The notes below the pieces were generated by a model. The model saw nothing but the letters and a program-made list of their open reading frames with translations, had not been told where the DNA came from and searched no databases. A DNA stretch of 64,000 bases. Origin: Octopus vulgaris (lineage: Eukaryota). The translations under genes were made by a program, and so were the position numbers. The stretch covers positions 97,402,001-97,466,000 of the forward strand of contig OX597819.1 of assembly GCA_951406725.2 (NCBI GenBank), in the 5' to 3' direction. This document shows positions 28,000-39,800 of this stretch, piece after piece (the stretch's first letter is position 1; every line of letters starts with the position of its first letter).

Positions 28000-28170
28000 G
28001 TCTGTCGTTACGCTCTGAGTTCAAATTCTGCCGAGATCGACTTTACCTTTCATCCTCTCGGGGTCGATAAATAAAGTATCAGTTTCGCACTGATATAATC
28101 GACTTAATCCCTTTGTCTGTCCTTGTTTGTCCCCTCTATGTTTAGCCCCTTGTGGGTAGTAAAGAAATAT
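28000..28170 (+). mobile_element. SINE family B
   Basis: B box GAGTTCAAATTC, conserved core, tail GCCCCTTGTGGGTAGTAAAGAAATA. Confidence 0.8.
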
Positions 28171-28529
28171 ATATGTGTATACACATTAACACTTACTCAG
28201 CATTGTCTAGCTTTCATAGTTGAAGAGAGTAAATATTAACACTGGTTATCTTCGACTTCCTTAGTATCATAAAAGTGTAAGAGTACCCTCTATCTCTACA
28301 CATACCATGGTTGACACCAAGAATGATATCTAGCTTAACAACATTGTTCCATGAGTTTCAATACCTGTCATGAGCAACCTGGAGCCCACGGGACTTTCTG
28401 GAAGACAATACCAATGAAAAATTACCTTGAATTATCTTTTACTAGTGTGTGTGCTGTCTAATGATTACCCATGTCTCATGCAGTCTTCTTTTTGAGAAAG
28501 GTTGTCCATATCTGCTCTATACAATTACT

Positions 28530-28720
28530 ATTTCTTTACTACCCACAAGGGGCTAAACAGAGGGGACAAACGGATTAAGTAAATTATATTGACCCCAGTG
28601 CGTAACTGGTACTTATTTAATCGACCCAGAAAGGATGAAAGGCAAAGTCGACCTCGGCGGAATTTGAACTCAGAACGTAACCGCAGACGAAATACTGCTA
28701 AGCAATTCGCCCGGCGTGTG
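28530..28720 (-). mobile_element. SINE family B (inverted relative to the 28000 copy)
   Basis: Reverse complement matches 28000-28170. Confidence 0.8.
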
Positions 28721-29594
28721 CACCACAAGAAGTTGTAGTCAAATTTCCCTCAAATTACAATTGAATTATCTAAACAGATGGAAGAACACATTTCGATAAT
28801 GAAGTAGTTCCTAATTTAAAAAAAAATTACGGGATGATCACAACTGGAATGCCTTCAATCATTAGTCTGCTCAATCAGGACTAATTTGGATCCAAACAAC
28901 AACCAAGTTCCAACCATAACTTCTTGGAACTAAATTTGTATCTTTTGAACGAATATGGTATCAAATATAACCGTGCAAACACCATCTCATACACGAAAAC
29001 ATTTATTCAATAGTTTTCGAGCTAACATCTGTTTCCTCCCTTTTTAGTTTCTCATTACATGTTATCATTAGTTTCCCTGTAACTAATACATATTTACCTT
29101 TCCGTGGGATTAAAATTCAGATTTTTCTCATGACTCCTACTAAGTTTAATTTCCACCGTCACCATGTAAACTTGCAAATCAGCCCTCAAATGAATAATTT
29201 ATATACAAAATTCAGCGAAATCAATTTAGAACAGCAACTATATGCAATCTGGGGTATATCTTCGTTTGGAATAGACAAACTGAAGAAGAGATATAGTGCA
29301 AGGGAAACAACTCCTTAGTCAGTTCAGTAAAAAAAAAATTGTAACAAGTTTTCAGAACTGTTTACACACAAACGCGCACGCATGCGTGTCTTTCTCTTTC
29401 TCCATATATATATATTTATATATATATATATATATGGGAGAATATTTATATATATATATATATATTATATGACTAGCTTATTTTCCTTTCTATGTACCAA
29501 ATTCATTCACAAGATTTTGTTTGCCCTGGAGTTATAGTAGAAGACACTTACCCAAGTATATACACACATATATATCTATATACACATAAATAAA

Positions 29595-30855
29595 AGGTAC
29601 AGTGGAATCAAAGGAAGGTTAACAGAGATAGTAGAATTTGTTTGTGGCAAATGAGCAAGAGCAATAAAAGCATTTCCTGTGATGTGAAAAGCTCAGGAGG
29701 CTCCCTAGAAGTAGTAGATAGTTTCAGTTGTCTAGATCAGTGCTTCTCAAACTATCTAATGTGGTGTACTGGCAGTTTTTTTTCCAATGTACCAGGGACC
29801 GGTAATATTTCTTAGTAATGTTAATTTATACCGGAAACAATATATATAATAAATATAATAAAAATTGACATTTTTTTTTTATCGTATATCTATTTTGTAA
29901 ACAAATAATACAATATTACATAAGCATTTTATAATGTTTTTTTCTTTTCTGGAAACGTGCCACATACTAGCAGCTGATGGCTCACGGACCACTATTTTGA
30001 GTAGTACTGGTCTAGATGACCTAATTAGTGGTGGAGGAGGATGCTCTGAAAGTATAGTTGCTAGAATACAAAATGATTAGAGAAAGTTCTGAGAACTTTT
30101 AGCTTTGTTGATAGCAAAAGGCCTCTCTCTCAGAATGGAAGGCAGATTGTATGATGCTTGCATATGAAAGCAATACTACATGGCTGTGAAACTTGGGCTG
30201 TGAATGCAGAAGATGAGCAAAGACTTGAAAGAAATGAAACAAGCATGCTCCAATAGATATGCCATATCAGTGTGCATGTATGACAAAGCACATAGAGAAA
30301 AATTGAACATGAGGCATCAGATGTGGTATGCAGGAGAGGAAATTGCACTGGCATGGTCATGTGATGTGGATGGATGAAGACAGCTGTATAAAGTGCCAAT
30401 CACTAAATGTGGGAGGAACATGTGAAAGAAGTAGGCCTAGTAAGACTGACTTCAAGATGTTGAACCTCTCAAAGATGACAGTGGACCAAGATGAATGGCG
30501 TTATGATGTGCTTGAGAAGACCTGGCCATCTCAGCAGAATTGAGGCTCTGTCAAGCTTCCCTCACAACTTATCTTCTATTTTCTTCACTTCCCTATTCTC
30601 TCTTATATTGATGTGCTACCTGGACCTTAAATCTCTTTCTTTCTCTCTCAGACACCTCTTCCTCTATCATAGTTTCTTTCTCCAGTCTATACCCTACTCA
30701 GCTGAGAAGTTTTATCTTGCAGGTACCTGGCAACCTCATCAGTCTGGTGCCACATAAAGTAGACACAAAACCTGGTGGAGCTTTTCACTCGTATGTTTTT
30801 GCCAAACCATCCAACCCATGCCAGCATGGACAAAGGGTCATTAAATGCTGATGTA
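29595..30855 (+). mobile_element. Old RTE LINE remnant
   Basis: Matches 11300-11990 (LEVVDSF, LHGCETWAV, ERKLHWHGHV) with many stops; decayed tail. Confidence 0.8.
29738..30009. mobile_element. hAT/Charlie-type MITE with 8-bp TSD
   Basis: GTCTAGAT at 29730-29737 and 30010-30017; TIRs CAGTGCTTCTCAAA / TTTGAGTAGTACTG. Confidence 0.88.
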
Positions 30856-31189
30856 TATATATATATATGAGTGGGTATCATCACCACTTAAGGTCCATTC
30901 TCCATTCTGGCATGGATTGGATGGTTTAACAGGAGCTGACCAGCTGTCCAAGTTCCATTTATCTGTTTGGCATAGTTTCTAAGGATGGATGCCCTTCCTA
31001 ATGTCAACCACGTAACAGAGTGTAGTGGGTGTTTTTACATGGCACCAGCATTCATGAGCTAGCAAGAGTAGGCTCTCTCATTTGAGAGGGAGACATAGAA
31101 GACATGCCTGTATGCATGGATGGCCACAATTTTATATAAAAATCAGAGCTTGACTACAGCCCTTGGTAGTCCAAATCAGATATGCAATA

Positions 31190-31712
31190 TACGTGGGTGT
31201 TTTTTTAATACATTGTGTGGTTTAAAAAGCCACATCAGATGCCATGATGGATCTAAAGTGTAAGCACAAGAGAATTTCTGTGATCACATCACCCCTAACA
31301 CCTGGCCACCTAATTCCCCAGACTGCAACCCCACTGATTATTATGTGTGGGGCACAGTTGAGTGAGAGACCAACAAAACTCCTTGTAACACCAAAGATGA
31401 ACTGAAGGCAAGGATTATTGCAGTATTCACCAACTTAAACAGGAAGACCATCCAGAGGAGTTGCAGGAGATTCCAAAGTCGTAATTGAAGCCAATGGCGA
31501 TTTTATTGAATGAATTTACTCTTTAGTATTGCGAGATATTTTTATGTAATTTTAGTAAATATATGTTAAAATGAGATGTCAGTGTTACTTTCATTTTTGT
31601 ACAATGTAGATGGCAGTTTATTTTTATGTAATTTTGGTAAATATATCTGTTAAAATGAGATGTCAGTGTTATTTTCATTTTTGTACAATGTAGATGGCAG
31701 TTTATTCACTGC
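31190..31712 (+). mobile_element. Tc1/mariner transposase C-terminal remnant
   Basis: WPPNSPDCNPTDYYVWG motif; about 82-bp direct duplication at 31539-31704. Confidence 0.75.
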
Positions 31713-31769
31713 ATATATATATTTTTATTCACTATATACATACATTCATACATATGTATGTACATGCAC

Positions 31770-32850
31770 AGGATGAGAGAATTATTTGAGGATACTTAAT
31801 ATTCTGTATGTTACTCTCTTTGAATCAATTTAATGATTTAAGAAAAAAATTTCTTTCAGATCCTTCATCGTAGATAAAATGCTAACATAGGAAATGAAAA
31901 AGCATATAATCATTGTTGCCATGTGTGAGACATAGTAATTTAGAAAATTGTCTCCTTCCTAAATGTTACACATTCAAACATTATAGGGATGCAATTCTTC
32001 CAATGAGTTCAAAACATTATTGATGATTTGGGGAAATCAGTGAGGTCCATCACAAATGCTCTTCAGGTGTTGAAGTGGACTATCAGCACTGTGGGGTATG
32101 AAGACATTCAGTACAAGTCCTATGTACTTGAGGAGTAGCCAGTTCACGTCTGCAAAGTCACCGGAAAATTATCTGATTCATATCATGTGATTACTTAACA
32201 AAATTAAAAACCTACACAAACATGGCATGATCTGGTTCTCAGAGGAAAACTTAAACCAAGACCAAAGTGCAAATCTTCTTATGTCTCCAGTATGATGCAT
32301 ACTAAATATGATGGTTTTTGGAGTGGTGAGTAAAGATGGTCATCATGCCACCTCACATCTTTCCACAAGTCTTAGAATTAATGCTCATAGATACACTGAG
32401 ATGCTGAAAACAGTCATGCCCTGGGTGGTAGGCCATGTGTTTCAACAAGACTGAGCACCTTACAAAACTCATGTAACCCAAGAATGGATATCAGACAATC
32501 TTTATGACCATGTGATACCAAACTTATGGCCTCCAAACTCAGCAGATTTAAGTCCCCTGGACTAGTATGTTCAGTATTGTTGAAAGGGTAATCACCAACC
32601 TCACAATATTATAGCTTAACTGAAGGCTGGCATTGTCCAGTTGATGGATGAAATAAATGGTGCAAAGATTCTGGTCCTGCATAGAAGTAGTCATTGAAAC
32701 TGAATATAACTTCATATAGATTTGTGTAACTCATATTAGAATGGATATAAAATGAACAAGCATATTGTTTAATTTGCTGATAATGTTCAAATATGATAAA
32801 CTTTCAAACTAATAATTTCAAGGTCATTCTACAGCAGTTTCTAAATGGTT
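31770..32850 (+). mobile_element. Decayed Tc1/mariner (maT/DD37D-like) transposon
   Basis: MVFGVVSKDGH, VFQQD, WPPNSADLSPLD motifs in broken frames. Confidence 0.65.
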
Positions 32851-33224
32851 GTACCAAAAATAATAAACTTATATGCACACACACACATATATCATCATCA
32901 TTAATTTACAGGTTTTCTATGCTTTAGAGAGAGATTTAACAGCAGGTTAAAAATACGAATGTGGTCAAACAGTAAGTGCACAACACGACATGAAAGTAGT
33001 GACCATAACTATTAAGACTGACCTATTAACTGATAAGAGATTATCCTTAAGTCTTGCAGTCCATAGTGATTTTATAATCCAGCTTCATCCTACCTCGTTT
33101 CAATACTGATAGTATACCACCCTAATTATATCTCTTTAGAGGGTAGTACACTACTTGCCCTCACCTTTCCTCTCTACCCACTTCAACAAAGTTCAAAAGT
33201 TGATAGAATCATATGAAAATGAGT

Positions 33225-33600
33225 ACTCTTTTACTTGTTTCAGTCATTTGACTGTGGCCATGCTGGAGCATCGCCTTTAGTTGAGCAAATCGACCCAAGG
33301 ACTTATTCTTTGTAAGCTTAGTACTCATTCTACCGGTCTCTTTTGCCGAACTGCTAAGTTACAGGGACATAAACACACCAGCATTGGTCGTCAAGCGATG
33401 TTGGGGGGACAAACACAGACACTTATATATATATATACGACAGGCTTCTTTCAGTTTCCATCTACCAAATCCACTCACAAGGCTTTGGTCGGCCCGAGGC
33501 AATAGTAGAAGACACTTACCCAAGGTGCCATGTAGTGGGACTGAACCCAGAACCATGTGGTTGGTAAGCAAACTACTTACCACACAGCCACTCCTACATC
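33225..33600 (-). mobile_element. tRNA-derived SINE (family A) downstream of MCM10
   Basis: Reverse complement of the 13801-14192 copy. Confidence 0.85.
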
Positions 33601-33897
33601 TATAGGAGACAAATTTAAAAAAAAAAGTAACAGTGAAAGAAAAGAAACACCCCAACATTTGAAAAAATAAATACTTTATAAATAAATGTTTACAAAGATA
33701 TATGATTGATAAAAAGGATTTACAGGACTATATATATATGCACATTCATACATGGCAGCAGTGAGTTATCAAAATGAAAATGTTTCCGACATTCACTAAA
33801 AATGAATGTATGGGAATAAAGTGCTAGACTTTATGAAACACATGGTAAAAAAATATCAAATTTATGAGTAATGTTTAGGTGTGAAAATAATTCCAAA

Positions 33898-36432
33898 TTA
33901 GAGTTCAATGGAAGCAGTTATATTATAAGACAAACTATTCAAATTCTTTGCTTCATCCCCTCGCAAGGAGAGTTGTTCTGATTGAAGTTTAGGGCCTGAT
34001 TTCTCAGGCATCATTGAGGTCTTTTCAAAGTTATGTTCACCACATTCGTTGCAAGGATCTTTAGGCATCAGTGTAAAAGCAATGCGACGAGTTTTACATT
34101 TACGACATCTGAAGAATCGTTTCATGCCTTGATGTTTCTTCACAGGATGACGTTCTTTCTTACACCTATCACCAATAGATAATGCAGTATAGCGGCACAA
34201 CTTGCAGCTGAATAATGTACATTTTACTTCAGTTATAGATTGCATTTTGACTTCACATGCCTCTTTCTTCTCCAAAGTATTGAAGTAATTCTCCTGTTTT
34301 TCATTCTCCATTTCTGTAATGGCACCAGAATGGGATGACTTTAATTTCATCAGTTTCTTTATTTCTGATGAATTTAAGTCAATATTTCCTAATAGTTTTG
34401 ATCTCTTAGCTTGAGGAGGCTGTGAAGCAGACACCTCTTCTGTCGATGGTTGTAAGTCTTCGGAGATCCTTTTCTTAATCTTTTCCATAACTTTTAAATT
34501 CTTTTCTTTACGGACAGCATTAGGATCTTCTTTCTGAAGCCCTCCACTACTTTGGATTTTCTTGACAGCCAACATTCTTGATATTTCAGAAGAATTTGAG
34601 GATCCTGGCTTGACACAATCTAAGTTAATGTTTAATCCAGTTTGTAAACCCCTCCCTAAAACTGGATTAGACAGTTTAGTGATTTTTTTTTTCACTTCCA
34701 TTTGTTGTTTGTGTTTCTTGAGAAGTTCTGATGGGCTGATAGAAACAACAGAGGCATTTGTTCCAGACTCTGCTGCAAACTTCTCTTTCTTCAGTAAATG
34801 TTTCACGAGGTTCATTGACCCAACTGATGGTGTACTCAGTATATCTAAGAATGCCTGATCCTTATCTGAAGAAAGTTTATTAAGAATGGCCTGATCTTTG
34901 CTGCCAATCTTCTGAAGACTCATTGTCGACAGCCTAGCTTGTCCCATCTTATTCTGTTGATGTTGCAGTTTGCTCACAGTAATTTTATCTTTTTGCTGTG
35001 TATTGCCGAAGGGTAATGATGTATAAGATTTACCTTGATAAAAAAACATCCCTCCCTTAGGCAGAGCCTTCTTGTTGAAGCATTTAGGAGTGACACCAGT
35101 GTAGCTATTTAATTCACTCCTTTTAGCACAAGTTAATTTATAAGCACTAGTGACATGATAGACACAGAATTCTCCTTGCATCTTATTCACAGTATTTGTA
35201 CATGGAGCACCATTCTTCTTCCGTTGTTGGCATGTCCCCAAATCAGCAGACTTACCAATAACCATTAATTTATTGGGATGGCTAATGGTGAAAGCAATAT
35301 CAGATTGCTTTCTTTCAGATTTATCCATCATGTTTGGATTTAATAAACCAATTACACTACCAACAGCCAATTTCCAGTGAGTTTTATACACTTCACCAAA
35401 CAAGAAAAACGAAACATTTTCCTCACAGTTCTGTAAATCATTCAATTTCCATATACTATATGTATTTCCTTTGGAAGATTTCCTTGGTTCCCCTTTCTGT
35501 ACCACAACTGCAATAGTTACCCAGTCACATTCAGATAATTCCTTTGGATTTTTATTATGGATGTGAGATAATTTAATCATTCGCCTATCTTGCATTCGTA
35601 TTTTCATGGTGGAAGAGGATACTTTGGGATTAACAATACGAATTCCTGAAAAAGGATCTGTATCACAATTGTTATTAGCAGCAGTTGTATTTGTGAAAAC
35701 GTTTGCTTTTGGGTCAGATTGCCCATTAAACTGTTTTTCAATATTAATGATAGTTTGAACTGGTGATTTCGTCTTCACAGCTTTCGCTCGCAGGCTTGCC
35801 ACATCATGCGTGGCCGAATGGGCGATTCGTTGGTTTGCAGACTTTTTCAGTAATTTCTTCATTTGATTACCCTCTTCACTTAATTTTGGTTTCTCTCCCT
35901 CCAAATCTTCCCAATCACTATCACTATCACCAAACAATTCATTTTTTAAAGTCGAAGATTCACTGCCGTTATTCACTAAGGAAGTGGAAAGTTTGACAGA
36001 CACAGATGGAGATGGTGAGGTTTTAGAACAAGAAACGTGTCTTGACTGACCTTCTGAGGTAAACAGATCGACTTCGGCACTAAGCAAACTATGAGGCTTA
36101 GGATCAGAGTTGGTTTGAGGTAAATTCGAATTTACTGGCTGTGACGGTATTGAGTTTTGTTGCTGTAATTTCTGTTCTAGTTCTTGCATACGTTCTCTCA
36201 TTTTCTGTAGCTCATCCAGAAGATTCTCTTGGGAACTGGAATGAGGATCAGAGAAGGGAGTTGGTTGGTTATTTCCCAGAACATTACTTCTCAATGTAGT
36301 GGATTTTGTGTGAGATTTACTGCAGTTTTTGGAAAAATCAGCAGTGCTTTGATCCTTTACTTCTTCATCTTCTGATGAATCCTCTCCCAAAAATTCAACC
36401 AGAGATTCTAAATTATAATTGTCATCCATCAT
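33898..36432 (-). CDS. MCM10: DNA replication factor MCM10, single uninterrupted coding exon (844 aa)
   Basis: N-terminal acidic and coiled-coil region (LLDELQKMRERMQELEQKL); internal OB-fold (DPFSGIRIVNP, DWVTIAVVVQK, YSIWKLNDL, SFFLFGEVYKTHWK, VIGLLNP); CCCH finger (GTCQQRKKNGAPCTNTVN..EFCVYHV); metazoan C-terminal zinc domain (CKLCRY..CKKERH..KRFFRCRKC..CNECG..EKSGPKL..LSLRGDE). Confidence 0.97.
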   Translation of the reverse strand: MMDDNYNLESLVEFLGEDSSEDEEVKDQSTADFSKNCSKSHTKSTTLRSNVLGNNQPTPFSDPHSSSQENLLDELQKMRERMQELEQKLQQQNSIPSQPVNSNLPQTNSDPKPHSLLSAEVDLFTSEGQSRHVSCSKTSPSPSVSVKLSTSLVNNGSESSTLKNELFGDSDSDWEDLEGEKPKLSEEGNQMKKLLKKSANQRIAHSATHDVASLRAKAVKTKSPVQTIINIEKQFNGQSDPKANVFTNTTAANNNCDTDPFSGIRIVNPKVSSSTMKIRMQDRRMIKLSHIHNKNPKELSECDWVTIAVVVQKGEPRKSSKGNTYSIWKLNDLQNCEENVSFFLFGEVYKTHWKLAVGSVIGLLNPNMMDKSERKQSDIAFTISHPNKLMVIGKSADLGTCQQRKKNGAPCTNTVNKMQGEFCVYHVTSAYKLTCAKRSELNSYTGVTPKCFNKKALPKGGMFFYQGKSYTSLPFGNTQQKDKITVSKLQHQQNKMGQARLSTMSLQKIGSKDQAILNKLSSDKDQAFLDILSTPSVGSMNLVKHLLKKEKFAAESGTNASVVSISPSELLKKHKQQMEVKKKITKLSNPVLGRGLQTGLNINLDCVKPGSSNSSEISRMLAVKKIQSSGGLQKEDPNAVRKEKNLKVMEKIKKRISEDLQPSTEEVSASQPPQAKRSKLLGNIDLNSSEIKKLMKLKSSHSGAITEMENEKQENYFNTLEKKEACEVKMQSITEVKCTLFSCKLCRYTALSIGDRCKKERHPVKKHQGMKRFFRCRKCKTRRIAFTLMPKDPCNECGEHNFEKTSMMPEKSGPKLQSEQLSLRGDEAKNLNSLSYNITASIEL

Positions 36433-36768
36433 AGTACAGACAGAATTCGTAATTCTACGAACGAAACAACATAAAAAATTGGCGCCATAAAAGTATGTTT
36501 GAGTGTGGCGAAGCAGAGCTAGCTTCCTATCAACATTAGAAATATAGTATAAACAATTTGAAAAAAGATTCTTTAATTGATTAAATATATATGTTTATAA
36601 TATAAATTTCTGAAGAAATAAGTGAATTATATTACAGTAAAATAAGCGAATGACATTACGAAACAAACAGTAGCTGTCAGGTTGAATGCTAATGTACGCA
36701 TGCGCTCTAAATTCTATCGTTCTATATCCCATGTCTTTTTTTGTGTTACGAACGTTGAAATATTTCTA
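36433..36768. promoter_or_regulatory. Putative bidirectional promoter between MCM10 and LENG8
   Basis: 336 bp between divergent ATGs, no recognisable TE; E2F-like TTGGCGCCA at 36479-36487 and NRF1-like TACGCATGCGC at 36695-36705. Confidence 0.7.
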
Positions 36769-36824
36769 ATGTCGTCAGTTTCTTGGAATAATAACCCTAC
36801 CTCAGGGTCGGAAACACCAGAAAG
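36769..36824 (+). CDS. LENG8: LENG8 coding exon 1 ([18 protein letters not shown])
   Basis: ATG at 36769, donor AG|GTATTA, phase 2 joins in frame to the exon at 43236. No recognisable homology, so supported by position and phase only. Confidence 0.65.
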
Positions 36825-39800
36825 GTATTATGAATGTATATTAAAATGTATTCATCGTTTTACTATGATCAGTAAATGCTATTTTGATGTTATAGCAAAT
36901 ATTTTGTGTTGGTTAATTTACTGTAATATGGCGTCTAGTGCTGATAAAGAAATCAACTGATTTATGTATATACATATATACTGTTGGTATATGTATATAT
37001 ACATACATACACACTGTTGGTATATGTATATATTTATATATATATATACCAGGAACAGACTGGTGTATCATATCAGAAGTAAAGAGGCAATATAGGACAG
37101 ATATGGGCTAAAGATCGCCAGATATGCGATATATAAATAGCGGGGACTTTGTGATTTACCTTCGATGTAAGTCATGTAGATATGAACTGGTGTGTATGTA
37201 TTTGTGTAAAACAGAACAGTAATATTACGTTATGTTAAACACTGGAAATAGGCTACAATGCTGTCATTACATACACATATATATACGGAAGGAGAGCTTT
37301 AGAAAGTAACGATGTTAATTAAGCAAACAGTCACACAAATGTATCTTGATGATTTTTACAAATAATTATTGAAAGACAAGTTAAACCAAATGAGAAAAAT
37401 CACATAAGACAGTGAGTTTCGTCTTTGTATCAAAATCTCTAAAATATTTATAATGGCGTGTGTTTTGAAAAGAAAATCATGTTTAAAGAACGTTGATGTG
37501 ATACAGCAAATAAAACGGAAAAAAATATTTTGGTGTGAGGAAGAAAGGAATTCTTATGTCTTGAGGTGAACTGTTCGGCGAAGAACCTACCCAAAATGTT
37601 AGGCTTCTGTTTTTCGCATCAAAATAATTTATTCCTGTCCAACTTTTTGTATTTATTATTTGCTGTTACGGACCATCGGTAGTTTCACTGCTATTTCACT
37701 TGTAAACTTCAGTGAGACCACCTCAATGCCACTCCTTATAATGGCGGCATTCACTTACATCTCAGATTTTCTCATGTTACATTTAACATATATTGGCGCT
37801 GCTATGCACGGTGGCTCCCGTCATTTAAAATTTAAATAACATAATTAGAACATTACTTGCCCCTTATTTATTAATTGCTGATAGTTATTAAAATCCGTTT
37901 AATTATGGAGCTTGTTTAGATTCATATCTCAGTTATTTTTACTCTGCCACTTTTATCCTTTGCTTTTGCTTTACGCCCACCGACTATAACTATAGCTTCT
38001 ATGTGGTCACTAAACCTGCCAGAAATAACATCCAAATTTTCCTTATATTACATCCAGTCGCATTAAAAAAAAAGGAAAGGAAAAAAAATTATAATGCAGT
38101 CTCACAAGGATGCGGGGTTGAAGGAATGTCATTGTTGGACTCCCTGACCGCGGGCTAAACACTGACAACAAATGGAAAAGATACACAATTTCTATAAAAT
38201 TATAACAGTTTTAACAAATACTTAAGATCAAATCACTCCATCCCGCAATTAATTAGATAACATTTATATGAGAGATTGTAGTTAAGCTACGGGGGAATTG
38301 TGTAGACTAACTTTTCCTCAACTGGGGCCGTATCGTACCATTTCCTTGTGGGAGAGGGCCGCATGATAAAACAAATGCATGAAATATTACTTGCCCACTT
38401 TACACTGAATTTTTTTGCAGTTCTTCTTAATTTTATTTGTCTTAGTATGAAATTAGTAACCTAGAAACTCGTCGATGGCGCAGGTGTCCATGCATGGTTT
38501 AGATCTATTTCTTTATTACCCACAAGGGGCTTGCGTGGTTTAGATCATCATCATCGTTTAACGTCTGCTTTCCATGCTGGCATGGGTTGGACGGTTTGAC
38601 TGAGCACTGGTGAACCAGAGCTGCACCAGACTCAATCTGATCTGACAAAGTTTCTTCAGCTGTATGCCCTTCCTAGCGTCAACCACGCAGAGTGTAGTGG
38701 GTGCTTTTTACGTGCCACCGGCACGACCACGCTCAAAAGGTGTTTTTACGTGCTACTTGCACGGGAGCCAGTCCGGCGGCACTGGCAACGACCACGCTTG
38801 AATGGTGCTTTGCACGTGTCACGGACACGGGAGCTAATCCGTGGCCCTGGCAACGATCACGCTCGGATATGCTTCTCTTAACGTTCCACTGGCCCGAGTG
38901 CCAATCAGGCGGTACTGTCATCGGCCACGTCAGCGATTTTGATGTGTTTACACTTGCCTCAATAGGTCTTCGCAAGCAAAGTTCATTGTCCAGTGAATGA
39001 GACGTTACACCCCACGTTTTGGATGTGCTTTTAATGTTCCACTGGCACGAGTGCCAATCAGGCGGTACTGTCATCGGCTACGTCAGCGATTTTGATGTGT
39101 TTACACTTGCCTCAATGGGTCTTCGCAAGCAAAGTTCATTGTCCAGTGAATGAGACGTTACACCCTACGTTTTGGATGTGCTTTTAATGTTCCACTGGCA
39201 CGAGTGCCAATCAGGCGGTACTGTCATCGGCCACGTCAGCGATTTTGATGTGTTTACACTTGCCTCAATAGGTCTTCGCAAGCAAAGTTCATTGTCCAGT
39301 GAATGAGACGTTACACCCTACGTTTTGGATGTGCTTTAAATGTTCCACTGGCACGAATGCCAATCAGGCGGTACTGTCATCGGCCACGTCAGCGATTTTG
39401 ATGTGTTTACACTTGCCTCAATGGGTCTTCGCAAGCAAAGTTCATTGTCCAGTGAATGAGGGGTTACACCCACGTTTTGGATGTGCTTTTAATGTTCCAC
39501 TGGCACGAGTGCCAATCAGGCGGTACTGTCATCGGCCACGTCAGCGATTTTGATGTGTTTACACTTGCCTCAATAGGTCTTCGCAAGCAAAGTTCATTGT
39601 CCAGTGAATGAGACGTTACACCCTACGTTTTGGATGTGCTTTTAATGTTCCACTGGCACGAGTGCCAATCAGGCGGTACTGTCATCGGCCACGTCAGCGA
39701 TTTTGATGTGTTTACACTTGCCTCAATGGGTCTTCGCAAGCAAAGTTCATTGTCCAGTGAATGAGGGGTTACACCCCACGTTTTGGATGTGCTTTTAATG

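Noticed and set aside
27155-28024. ORFs in GA-rich region
   Set aside because: Purine-rich low complexity and (GA)n microsatellite.
34562-35996. Antisense ORFs overlapping MCM10
   Set aside because: Short, no recognisable motifs; expected shadow ORFs.
36682-36960. 92-aa ORF in the promoter region as a standalone gene
   Set aside because: Starts at TTG; better explained as LENG8 exon 1 plus UTR and intron read-through.
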